IMG/VR virus record: IMGVR_UViG_3300027418_000370
DNA: 64,000 nucleotides
From: a virus
Reading direction: 5' to 3' (one strand)
Made by a program: the position numbers and the translations under genes. Positions 29,496 through 38,205 of the stretch are shown here, piece by piece. The stretch's first letter is position 1. Each line of letters opens with the position of its first letter. Below the pieces are notes generated by a model. It saw nothing but the letters and a program-made list of their open reading frames with translations, was not told the origin of the DNA and searched no databases.

Positions 29496-29689
29496 GTCCA
29501 AAAGAACTGGTAGAACAAAATAGTATCTTCTTAGAAGACCTACAACGCTGGGTTGTACCTTTAGAAGTAGTAGAGGAAGCCTTGCAGATCAAGAGCGCTA
29601 AAGAGCTTGAAGATAATTTAGGTAAACTTCAAGATAGTATGTTAGAATTAAACAAGTTATTTAACGATTTAGGAAACGCCAATGGTTAA
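29492..29689 (+). CDS. Hypothetical protein
   Basis: Small coupled ORF. Confidence 0.5.
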   Translation: MSPKELVEQNSIFLEDLQRWVVPLEVVEEALQIKSAKELEDNLGKLQDSMLELNKLFNDLGNANG

Positions 29690-30509
29690 GATTGCACACG
29701 AGAGTCCTATTGCTAGCTTTGACACTATTCAGCAGTATACGGATTATGATTACGCTTTAGTACATCTCTTTGAAGAGAACGAAACTTATTTAGATAAGTT
29801 TGTAGAAGCACGAGATAAAGGACGAGAGATTATTCTCGATAACTCTATCTTTGAATTAGGAAAAGCTTTTGATTCAGAACGCTTTGCTTTCTGGATTGAT
29901 TATTTAAAGCCTACCTGGTACATCGTACCTGATGCATTAGAGAATGTAAAGCGTACTTGTGCTAATATGGCTGAGTGGAACTTTAAGTATGCAGATCATC
30001 TAGCAGCACCTAGTAAAAAGATTGGAGTACTACAGGGAAAGACTTACTCTGAGCTTATCAATTGCTATGACTACATGATTAATATAGCAAAGGTAGATAT
30101 GGTGGCTATCTCTTTCGATTACAGTTATTACGAACAGCTCGTACCACACCCTAACAAGTATGTTAGCTGGATGCTAGGCAGAGTTGTGCTCTTAGGTAAG
30201 ATGTTACGTGATGGAGTAATCAACCCAGATATCCCTCACCACCTACTAGGCTGTGGACTTCCTCAAGAGTTTGCTTTCTATAAAGACTACGATTGGATCT
30301 ACTCACTAGATACTTCTAACCCAGTAGTACACGGTTTGTTGGGAATCGAGTATAAAGATCAAGGGTTGTGGGATAAGGCATCAATCAAGTTATTTGAGAT
30401 GATTAATATGACTCCTACCTCTGAGCAGGTTACTTCAGCAGTTTATAATGTTCAACGCTTTAGATGGTTCGCACATGGTAGCAACTCGTCCGTGGATAGC
30501 ATTCTTTAG
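29682..30509 (+). CDS. dpdA: DpdA-like 7-deazaguanine transglycosylase (TGT fold, probably DpdA3-type)
   Basis: TGT-barrel motifs ILDNSIFE, IVPD, GVLQG, HHLLGCG, SLDTS; no Zn-binding CxCxxC of tRNA TGTs; sits among que genes. Confidence 0.75.
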   Translation: MVKIAHESPIASFDTIQQYTDYDYALVHLFEENETYLDKFVEARDKGREIILDNSIFELGKAFDSERFAFWIDYLKPTWYIVPDALENVKRTCANMAEWNFKYADHLAAPSKKIGVLQGKTYSELINCYDYMINIAKVDMVAISFDYSYYEQLVPHPNKYVSWMLGRVVLLGKMLRDGVINPDIPHHLLGCGLPQEFAFYKDYDWIYSLDTSNPVVHGLLGIEYKDQGLWDKASIKLFEMINMTPTSEQVTSAVYNVQRFRWFAHGSNSSVDSIL

Positions 30510-31035
30510 TCAGACTGGATCTGAGATTGTTCAGGTTAGTAAGCAGTTAGGTCGCTGGCCTGACCTTATTATTACTAATATCAGGCCTTCTCATTTACGT
30601 ACTATACATCCTGAGATTCCTACAGACCTATTAAAGTATACTCAGAATAGACCTGAGGAGCATGAGCTTGTATGGCTGATGAGTGCAATAAGTGATAACC
30701 CTGTTGTAACTTTACACGGATGGTTAAGAGTAATGCCTGCTTCTATCTGTAATCGCTATGAAATCTATAACGGACATCCAGGATTGATTACTAAATATCC
30801 AGACCTAAAAGGAAAAGATCCTCAATATAGAGCCTGGGAAGGTAACTATAAGACTGCTGGCTGTGTTATTCACAAAGTAACTGCCGGAGTAGATGAAGGA
30901 GAAGTTCTAGTGGAGCGAGAAAGTATACATAAGATGTTGCCTAAGAACGATATTTTTCGTATCTTACATGACACATCAGTAGAGATGTGGATAGAATTTT
31001 TACATAATAAACTATGGTTAGACGAATTGCATTAG
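30475..31035 (+). CDS. PurN-like formyltransferase (DpdN, putative dPreQ1 formyltransferase)
   Basis: FFSQTGS, LHGWLRVM, NGHPG, GCVIHKVTAGVDEG formyltransferase motifs; overlaps the dpdA-like gene. Confidence 0.8.
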   Translation: MVATRPWIAFFSQTGSEIVQVSKQLGRWPDLIITNIRPSHLRTIHPEIPTDLLKYTQNRPEEHELVWLMSAISDNPVVTLHGWLRVMPASICNRYEIYNGHPGLITKYPDLKGKDPQYRAWEGNYKTAGCVIHKVTAGVDEGEVLVERESIHKMLPKNDIFRILHDTSVEMWIEFLHNKLWLDELH

Positions 31036-31532
31036 TAGGAGCTAGTAGTACTGGTAAGACTACTGTGTATGAGTTATTGAAAGCTAAACTACCTAAGTAT
31101 GAGTTTATTAACGAAAGTACTCGTACGGTAGCTAAGTTTGGCTTTCCTATTAACGAAGCAGGTACTACTGAGACTCAGTTAGCTATTTCTTCTTTTCACT
31201 TAGAGGCTTTGCTTAAGCCTCATAGTTTGATTCTAGATCGTTGTTATCTAGACTTAGTTGTATACTCTAAGCATATGCCTGCTTTATCTTCTCAAGGCTT
31301 AGACTTTATTGAAGATACTTGGACTAGAGTGCAGGATGAGTATACGCACTATATTTATTTCCCTATTGAATTCGATGCTGTGGATGATGGTCAGCGCAGT
31401 GTAGATGAAGCTTGGAGAAAGATTATTGATGAAGAGTTTAAGTATCAACTCGATTTAACTGACCGTCATTATTTAACTGTTACTGGCTCACCATTGCAGC
31501 GAGTAGATCAAATTTTAAAATACATAAAGTAA
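31014..31532 (+). CDS. P-loop nucleoside/nucleotide kinase-like protein (AAA_28/NadR type)
   Basis: IALVGASSTGKTT, LILDRCYLD, DDGQR. Confidence 0.75.
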   Translation: MVRRIALVGASSTGKTTVYELLKAKLPKYEFINESTRTVAKFGFPINEAGTTETQLAISSFHLEALLKPHSLILDRCYLDLVVYSKHMPALSSQGLDFIEDTWTRVQDEYTHYIYFPIEFDAVDDGQRSVDEAWRKIIDEEFKYQLDLTDRHYLTVTGSPLQRVDQILKYIK

Positions 31533-32447
31533 ATGGAAGAAGTAAAGAACTACAATGCAGTCGTTGAGATTGCTGGTAAACACCTCGGTAAGGTAGGTGG
31601 AGAAGGTTACTCAGATCAGTACAATGCTGAGTTGCTAGTAGCAGTACCTCGTTATTTAAACCGAGAAGCTTACGGAATTGAGGAGAGTAATCTTCCATTC
31701 GTAGGAGTAGATGCTTGGAACGCTTATGAAGTTTCAGCTATTACTAAAAAAGGTCAGCCTGTAGCAGGTATGTTAAAGATTGTATGCCCAGCTAATACAG
31801 AGTTTCACGTTGAGTCAAAGTCTATCAAATTATACTTGAACTCTTTGAATATGACTCCGATGGGTCAGACAGCTAAGGAGTGTATCAAGGAGATTGAAAC
31901 AACAGTAGCTAAAGACCTAACTGACCTACTAGGAGGAAATGTAACCTGTACCTTCTTCGGCAATACATACACTCCAGAGTTTGAGTTTGATGGCTTTACA
32001 GACTTAGGTGCAACAGTAAACCTTGACAACATTGAGTTTACAGCCTTTAAGTCTGATGCAGGTCAGCTTGAGATTGGCGGCAATCTTCCAATGTCTGTTA
32101 CAACTAAAGTAAGTTCTAACTTGCTACGTAGTAACTGCCGAGTAACTAACCAGCCTGACTGGGGTGATATCTACATCCATATGCAAGGTCATAACTCAAT
32201 TAAGCTTGAGTCACTAGCCAAGTATATCGTTAGTCACCGTACAGTATCTCACTTCCATGAAGAGATCTGTGAGATGGTATTTACTCACCTTCAGCAAGCC
32301 TATCAACCTGAGAAGCTTATGGTAGCATGTTTATATACACGTCGTGGTGGATTGGATATTAATCCTATTCGAGCTACACATAAAGATATGATCCCAGGAT
32401 GGTTTACTGATTCGGGTAAACGAATGAGAAAAACTTTACGTCAATAA
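31533..32447 (+). CDS. queF: NADPH-dependent preQ0 reductase (bimodular type)
   Basis: VESKSIKLYLNS, RSNCRVTNQPDWG, FHEEIC, YTRRGGLDINP. Confidence 0.95.
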   Translation: MEEVKNYNAVVEIAGKHLGKVGGEGYSDQYNAELLVAVPRYLNREAYGIEESNLPFVGVDAWNAYEVSAITKKGQPVAGMLKIVCPANTEFHVESKSIKLYLNSLNMTPMGQTAKECIKEIETTVAKDLTDLLGGNVTCTFFGNTYTPEFEFDGFTDLGATVNLDNIEFTAFKSDAGQLEIGGNLPMSVTTKVSSNLLRSNCRVTNQPDWGDIYIHMQGHNSIKLESLAKYIVSHRTVSHFHEEICEMVFTHLQQAYQPEKLMVACLYTRRGGLDINPIRATHKDMIPGWFTDSGKRMRKTLRQ

Positions 32448-32450
32448 GTT

Positions 32451-32473
32451 GGAGCCTACGGGCTCCTTTCTTA
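32451..32473 (+). terminator. Terminator after queF, overlapping the next promoter
   Basis: ggagcc-tacg-ggctcc followed by tttctt. Confidence 0.65.
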
Positions 32474-32502
32474 TCTTTATAGAGTATTAAAAAGTAACGG
32501 TT

Positions 32503-33027
32503 ATGAGTAAGACTGAAGTAGTAGAGCTGATTGAGACGCTTAATAAATGTAGAGAGCTAGCATCAAAGCTTAAACTTGACCCTGATCAGCTAAGTGGCCT
32601 GTACGGTGAAGCAGTAGCCTTGTTAGTTATAAAAGAAATTATTGGAGATAAAGAATACACACCAGCACCACCTCGTGAAAATAATATCGACGGTACAGGT
32701 AAGCTTGGAAGGTATTCTACAAAGTATCTTAGCCCTAAGATGCACGTACCTAAATCTTCAGAACGAAATCTTGTAACTCTACATTCAGACTTAGATTTTG
32801 ATTTTCTACTTATCGTCTGTGATACAGGAGAAGTATTTAACGTACCTCGTCAGGTAATAGTTAACCAAAGCGCATTTAATCTACACGAACGCCGTGAGCG
32901 TAAAATGATTAATTGGATGACGATGGGTAGTCGCAAGAAGCGTGCAATTCGTCCGACTAATGATAACTGGAATACTCTGGTAGAAAACTACCTAGTTTGT
33001 AATCTAAATGAAATTTCTTATCTTTAA
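32503..33027 (+). CDS. Hypothetical protein, possibly PD-(D/E)XK nuclease fold
   Basis: GLYGE..., NNIDG...YSTKY, DFDFLLIV pattern; weak. Confidence 0.4.
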   Translation: MSKTEVVELIETLNKCRELASKLKLDPDQLSGLYGEAVALLVIKEIIGDKEYTPAPPRENNIDGTGKLGRYSTKYLSPKMHVPKSSERNLVTLHSDLDFDFLLIVCDTGEVFNVPRQVIVNQSAFNLHERRERKMINWMTMGSRKKRAIRPTNDNWNTLVENYLVCNLNEISYL

Positions 33028-33030
33028 TAT

Positions 33031-35373
33031 ATGTCGATAGAAAAAAAGTATTATACGGTTACAGATAAGGAAACTGTTAACCTACTCATCCAGCACATTA
33101 ACGAATCAAACGTTATTGCGTACGATACCGAGACCGACTCCCTTAACATGCGTAAGGGTAAAGTAGTCGGCTTCTCCGTCTCAGGTGATATTGGTATTGG
33201 TTTCTATATGCCAACTATGGCTTGGAATCACGCTACTGAGACTCTAGATGAACTTCAGATCGAAGGCATCGGTTGTCATACCTTAGCTAAGAAGATCTTA
33301 AGTATGCTAGTCGGTAAGAAGCTTGTGATGCACAACGCATCGTTTGACTGCCGATTTACTAAGAACTTCTACGGTGTTAACTTACTAGATAGTCTCTGGG
33401 TTGATACTGCTCTGCTAGTACATACCGTCCAAGAAGAAGGAGCAGGTATGGGAGTATTCGGTCTTAAGCCTCTAGCTATTTCTATTCAAGAGCACATCGG
33501 TCTAGATGTAGAGAAGGCTGCTAACGAAGAGCAGATCGAACTGAAAGAGTCTATCAAACGTAACGGAGGCTCAGTAACTAAGGAAAGCTTTGAGATCTAC
33601 AAAGCAGACATGGACGTACTATCAAAGTATGCCGCTGCCGATACTGACTTAACTCTCCGAGTATGTACTTACTTTATTCAGAAACTTAAAGAAGAGAACT
33701 TAGAGCAGTTCTTCTTTGAAGAGGAAGTTATGCCTCTGTACCGTGAAGTAACTATTCCTATGGAAGAGATGGGAGTAGATTTAGACTTAGAGCTACTAGA
33801 AGAGACTAAGAAAGAGATTATTGAAGATCTTCAGAAGAATAAAAAGATTGTACTTGACTCTATTCTAGCTCTACCAGCCGGTAAAGAATGGGTTGTAGAT
33901 ACTGCTCTAAAAGAGTTCCCACCTTCTCATAAAGGAACATGGGCACAATACTTAGCTATGCGTTACTCTTTACCTCTGCCTAAATCTGAGAAGACCGGTA
34001 AGTACTCTATTACTCAAAAGACTGTAGGAGAGCTAGAAGATTCTCCTGCTAAAGAGTACCTCTTAACTGGAAACTTAGATGTGCTGAATGAAATGGAGGT
34101 ACTTAAAATCTCTATGGCATTATGGAAAGAGAAGAATGATGGGGAGTATATCAACATTCAATCTAAGAAACACTTAGGTGAACTTGTATTTGACTATATG
34201 GGTATTAAACCTCTTGTATCAGGAGCTAATACTAAGTCCGGTCGTGATAAGTTTGACATGGATATGATTGAAGAGCTCTCTAAAGACTACGAATGGGCTG
34301 AGAATCTTCGTATCTATAACAAGCTACTTAAGATTAAGTCTACTTATATCGATCGCTTTGTAGATAATCACGAAGACGGACGTTACTACTTCTACTTTAA
34401 ACAGAACGGTACTGTATCAGGCCGTTATGGTTCAGATGCTCAGCAACTACCTAAGCCTAAAGAGGAAGGAGAAGATGCTCCTATCATCGTCAAGTATACT
34501 AATATCGTCCGTGCTTTCTTAACCTCAGGACCAGGACGTAAAATTATCGATGCTGACTACGAGTCATTGGAACCTCACTGCTTTGCTTCTGTATCAGGAG
34601 ACATTAACCTTCAGGAGATCTTTAACAACGGATGGGACTTCTACTCTACTGTTGCTATCAGAACTGAGAAGCTAGATGAGCAGCGAGATAAGTACCCTGA
34701 CGGAGTATCAGCTGATAAGAGAGCTCCTAACTACCTTAAGAAGTTAGACCCTGTTAAGCGTAACCAAGCTAAGGCTTACTCCCTCGGTATTGCATATGGT
34801 ATGGAAGCTTACGCTCTAGGAATGACACTAGGCATCTCTCAGAAAGAAGCCGAAGTACTTGTAGATGGTTACCTAAATGGATTTCCTCAACTTAAGCAGT
34901 GGCGTATTAACTCTCGTAAGCAGGTTAAAGAGCATGGCTTTATTAAGAATAAGGTAGGCCGTATCCGTCACCTACCTAAAGTTAAAAAGATGTACGATAC
35001 TTTCGGAGACCAGATCATGGACTGGAAGTTCCGGAAAGACCTTTCAGAACGTTATGGCAAGGATCAAGTACTACAATGGTACCGTGACTACCGAAACGGA
35101 CTGAATAACTGTTTGAACTACCAACTGCAGAGCCTTGCAGCGGCTGTCGTAAACCGAGCGGCAGTACAGATCAATCGCAAGCTGAAAGAGCTTGGGATCG
35201 ACGGCCGTGTTCAAGCACAGGTACATGACCAGTTGATCATTAACGTACCAGAAGACCAGGCAGAGTTTGTAGCTCCTATCGTAAAAGAGATTATGGAGAG
35301 TACTACCAAGCTTGAAGGAGTAACTCTAAAAGCACCTCCTGAGATTTCTTATAACTGGAGAGACGGCCACTAA
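33031..35373 (+). CDS. polA: Family A DNA polymerase with 3'-5' exonuclease
   Basis: Exo I YDTETD, Exo II HNASFD, Exo III YAAAD; motif A DADYESLE, motif B RNQAKAYSLGIAYG, motif C QVHDQ. Confidence 0.95.
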   Translation: MSIEKKYYTVTDKETVNLLIQHINESNVIAYDTETDSLNMRKGKVVGFSVSGDIGIGFYMPTMAWNHATETLDELQIEGIGCHTLAKKILSMLVGKKLVMHNASFDCRFTKNFYGVNLLDSLWVDTALLVHTVQEEGAGMGVFGLKPLAISIQEHIGLDVEKAANEEQIELKESIKRNGGSVTKESFEIYKADMDVLSKYAAADTDLTLRVCTYFIQKLKEENLEQFFFEEEVMPLYREVTIPMEEMGVDLDLELLEETKKEIIEDLQKNKKIVLDSILALPAGKEWVVDTALKEFPPSHKGTWAQYLAMRYSLPLPKSEKTGKYSITQKTVGELEDSPAKEYLLTGNLDVLNEMEVLKISMALWKEKNDGEYINIQSKKHLGELVFDYMGIKPLVSGANTKSGRDKFDMDMIEELSKDYEWAENLRIYNKLLKIKSTYIDRFVDNHEDGRYYFYFKQNGTVSGRYGSDAQQLPKPKEEGEDAPIIVKYTNIVRAFLTSGPGRKIIDADYESLEPHCFASVSGDINLQEIFNNGWDFYSTVAIRTEKLDEQRDKYPDGVSADKRAPNYLKKLDPVKRNQAKAYSLGIAYGMEAYALGMTLGISQKEAEVLVDGYLNGFPQLKQWRINSRKQVKEHGFIKNKVGRIRHLPKVKKMYDTFGDQIMDWKFRKDLSERYGKDQVLQWYRDYRNGLNNCLNYQLQSLAAAVVNRAAVQINRKLKELGIDGRVQAQVHDQLIINVPEDQAEFVAPIVKEIMESTTKLEGVTLKAPPEISYNWRDGH

Positions 35374-35480
35374 AAATAAATCGTATATATTTATATGAAA
35401 GAGCAGGGAGCCGCTCATAAGATGACTCACCGAATGGGAGTCGGGTTACATAAATTACTAACTAAATAGATCTAAGGACT

Positions 35481-35921
35481 ATGACACAAATCAACTACAA
35501 GTTGTGGGATAATAACGTATCCTCAACATTTGATATCCTTTTCAAGGATTTCTTCAATCAGAACTCTACCTTTAATTCTCCGGTAGACAACAAGATCGGA
35601 CACCCGGTCGACATTTACGAAACACAACACGGACTATTTTTCGAGATTGCCTGCACAGGTCTTAGCAAATCAGATGTTGAGATTAATGTGGAAGGTGACG
35701 TACTCCGTATTGTACATAACTCAGAGGACAGGCTTAAAAAAGATCCTGAGAACCTCAGAGTGTATCACAAAGGAATTGCCAAACGTTCCTTCAATTTAGG
35801 TTATAAGATTGCTCGTAGATTTGACATGGAAGCTATCGATGCTAAGATGCAGGATGGTCTCTTAACAATTAATATCCCTCACACTGAGGAAAATAAACCT
35901 ACGAAAGTTAAAATTAAATAA
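35481..35921 (+). CDS. Small heat-shock protein (Hsp20/IbpA family)
   Basis: PVDIYE, HKGIAKRSF, AKMQDGLLTINIP. Confidence 0.9.
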   Translation: MTQINYKLWDNNVSSTFDILFKDFFNQNSTFNSPVDNKIGHPVDIYETQHGLFFEIACTGLSKSDVEINVEGDVLRIVHNSEDRLKKDPENLRVYHKGIAKRSFNLGYKIARRFDMEAIDAKMQDGLLTINIPHTEENKPTKVKIK

Positions 35922-35981
35922 GTTATAGAGTTGGCTCCCTGTACTCTTTTTCGTATATTAAGAGTATAATCAAAACAAGTT

Positions 35982-36263
35982 ATGGCAAGAGGAAAAAAGG
36001 CTGGGCATGTAAAGCCCCAAGTAACAATCAAAGACGATATGTTAACACCGTACTATATTAGTATGGATGAAACTCAGTACACTTTAATGATCGAAGGTTC
36101 TACTTTACCTTTAGGTTATTATAGCAGTCTAGAAGGAGCAATCAAAAGAGCAGCTCGATACCTTACAGTTGAAAGTCTTAATCAACAGACAGTAGATCTT
36201 ACAGACTTTCTGAAGGCCTATGATAATGTAATCACACAATTAAATAATCGCATCCCAGTATGA
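35982..36263 (+). CDS. Hypothetical protein
   Basis: ORF after the promoter at 35930-35959. Confidence 0.55.
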   Translation: MARGKKAGHVKPQVTIKDDMLTPYYISMDETQYTLMIEGSTLPLGYYSSLEGAIKRAARYLTVESLNQQTVDLTDFLKAYDNVITQLNNRIPV

Positions 36264-36586
36264 AAAGATTAGTACCTATGAATGACCGCTTGGTCGTTAA
36301 ACCTATAGAAGAGACTGAGCAGATGTACGGTAACATCATCATCGCTGATATGGGTAAAGAACGTCCTGAGATGGGCGAAGTTATTGCTGTAGGACCTGGA
36401 CGTATGTCCGAATACGGTAAATTTATCCCAGTTAACTTTAATGTAGGTGATATTGTATTGCTACCTAAGATTGGAACCCTCCGAGTAGAGTTTGAAGGCG
36501 AAGAGTTCTACATTGCTCAATCTCGAGAAGTTCTCTGTAAAGTACAAGAAACATATAATCCAGAATCAGATCACGAATTACTATGA
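36260..36586 (+). CDS. groES: Co-chaperonin GroES
   Basis: PMNDRLVV, GEVIAVGPG, VGDIVL. Confidence 0.92.
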   Translation: MKRLVPMNDRLVVKPIEETEQMYGNIIIADMGKERPEMGEVIAVGPGRMSEYGKFIPVNFNVGDIVLLPKIGTLRVEFEGEEFYIAQSREVLCKVQETYNPESDHELL

Positions 36587-38205
36587 GTAAACGTATAGAA
36601 TTTTCAAATGATGCCCGTAAAGGTCTTCTTAACGGTGTAGAGAAACTTTCAAATGCTGTAACAGCTACGCTAGGTCCTAACGGACGTAACGTTATTATCG
36701 AACAGCAGCAAGGTAACCCTATCTCTACTAAAGACGGTGTTACAGTAGCTAAGGCTGTTGAATTAGAAGATACAGTTGAGAATATGGGTGCACAGCTTGT
36801 TAAGCAGGCATCTATTAAAACAGCAGACGGTGCCGGTGACGGTACTACTACATCAACTCTGCTAGCAGCTGAGATTTACAAACACGGTTTAGGTTCTTTA
36901 GACTTCCATAATGCTACTGATGTCAGTCGCGGTATTGCTAAAGCTACTACAGCCGTTGTAGATTACTTAGAGAAGAATGCTAGAGAGATTACAGATGAGA
37001 ATCAGTTGCGTCAAGTAGCAACTATCTCAGCTAACAACGACCCAGAAGTGGGAGAGCTTATCGCTTCATCGATGGACAAGGTGGGACGAGAAGGCGTAGT
37101 GACGATTGAGGAGTCTCGCACAGGTGAGACTTACCTCGAGGTTGTTGAGGGTATGCAGTTTAATCGAGGATACAAGTCTATATACTTTGTCACGGATAAC
37201 AATTCCATGACTGCCGTTTTGAGCAACCCTCTCGTTTTGATTACAGATAAGAAAGTCACTGCCGCAAAAGAGCTACTGCCAATCCTTGAGGCTTGCTCTT
37301 CACAGAACAAACCATTGCTCATCATCGCTGATGACATCGATGGCGAGGCTCTCTCCACTTTGGTCGTTAATAAGATGCGAGGCATCCTTCAAGTAGTAGC
37401 AGTTAAAGCTCCAGACTTTGGAGATCGTAAGAAAGCTATGCTAGAAGACATTGCTGTGTTAACAGGAGGTCAAGTAGTAAGTACTGAGAAAGGTATGCGA
37501 CTTGATAAATTCAACCCAGACTGGTTAGGTTCTTCTCGTAAGATCACTATCGGTAAAGACGATACTACGATTGTAGACGGTAAAGGAGACACGGAAGCTA
37601 TCAGTGCTCGCATTGAGGAGATTAAAGCTCTTATCGATAATAGTAAATCACCTTTTGAAAAGGAGACCCTACAGGACCGCTTAGGACGATTGATCGGAGG
37701 CGTGGCTATCGTACACGTAGGAGGTCAGTCTGAACTTGAGATGAAAGAGAAGAAAGACCGAGTAGAGGATGCCCTTCACGCTACTAAAGCAGCTCTAGAA
37801 GAAGGTATTCTACCCGGAGGAGGTATTGCACTCCTTAATGCAGCACAGGTACTAACGATACCAGAAGGCTTAAACTCCTCAGAAGTAGAAGGTTATAGAA
37901 TTCTAATGAGCGCTATTGGAATGCCTTTTGATACTATTTTAAGCAATGCAGGCTTTACAAAAGATAGAATCGAGAGTATTCTAGAAAAGATTGTTGAATC
38001 GGATAACTTCTGGCAAGGATTTAATCTCCGTACTGAAGACTATGTAAATATGTTCGACGAAGGGATTATCGATCCTGCTAAGGTAACACGCCTAGCATTA
38101 GAGAATGCTTCTTCTATCGCACGTACTATGTTGACTACCGAGTGTATTATCAGCAACGTTAAAGAAGAGAACAAACAAGAGATGGACTTTAATCAATTTA
38201 TGTAA
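36583..38205 (+). CDS. groEL: Chaperonin GroEL
   Basis: TLGPNGRNV, TKDGVTVAK, GDGTTT, EGMQFNRGY, GIIDPAKV. Confidence 0.97.
   Translation: MSKRIEFSNDARKGLLNGVEKLSNAVTATLGPNGRNVIIEQQQGNPISTKDGVTVAKAVELEDTVENMGAQLVKQASIKTADGAGDGTTTSTLLAAEIYKHGLGSLDFHNATDVSRGIAKATTAVVDYLEKNAREITDENQLRQVATISANNDPEVGELIASSMDKVGREGVVTIEESRTGETYLEVVEGMQFNRGYKSIYFVTDNNSMTAVLSNPLVLITDKKVTAAKELLPILEACSSQNKPLLIIADDIDGEALSTLVVNKMRGILQVVAVKAPDFGDRKKAMLEDIAVLTGGQVVSTEKGMRLDKFNPDWLGSSRKITIGKDDTTIVDGKGDTEAISARIEEIKALIDNSKSPFEKETLQDRLGRLIGGVAIVHVGGQSELEMKEKKDRVEDALHATKAALEEGILPGGGIALLNAAQVLTIPEGLNSSEVEGYRILMSAIGMPFDTILSNAGFTKDRIESILEKIVESDNFWQGFNLRTEDYVNMFDEGIIDPAKVTRLALENASSIARTMLTTECIISNVKEENKQEMDFNQFM

Noticed and set aside
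29682-30509. Canonical tRNA-guanine transglycosylase (tgt) for queuosine
   Set aside because: Too short, lacks the CxCxxC/H zinc site, has no queA/queG nearby, and is linked to a formyltransferase; a DNA-modification role fits better.
30475-31035. purN as a de novo purine biosynthesis auxiliary gene
   Set aside because: No other pur genes are present, and it overlaps the dpdA-like gene.
12440-35373. Introns or inteins in helicase, RNR, thyX or polA
   Set aside because: All are uninterrupted and of ordinary length, with no intein or homing-endonuclease motifs recognised.
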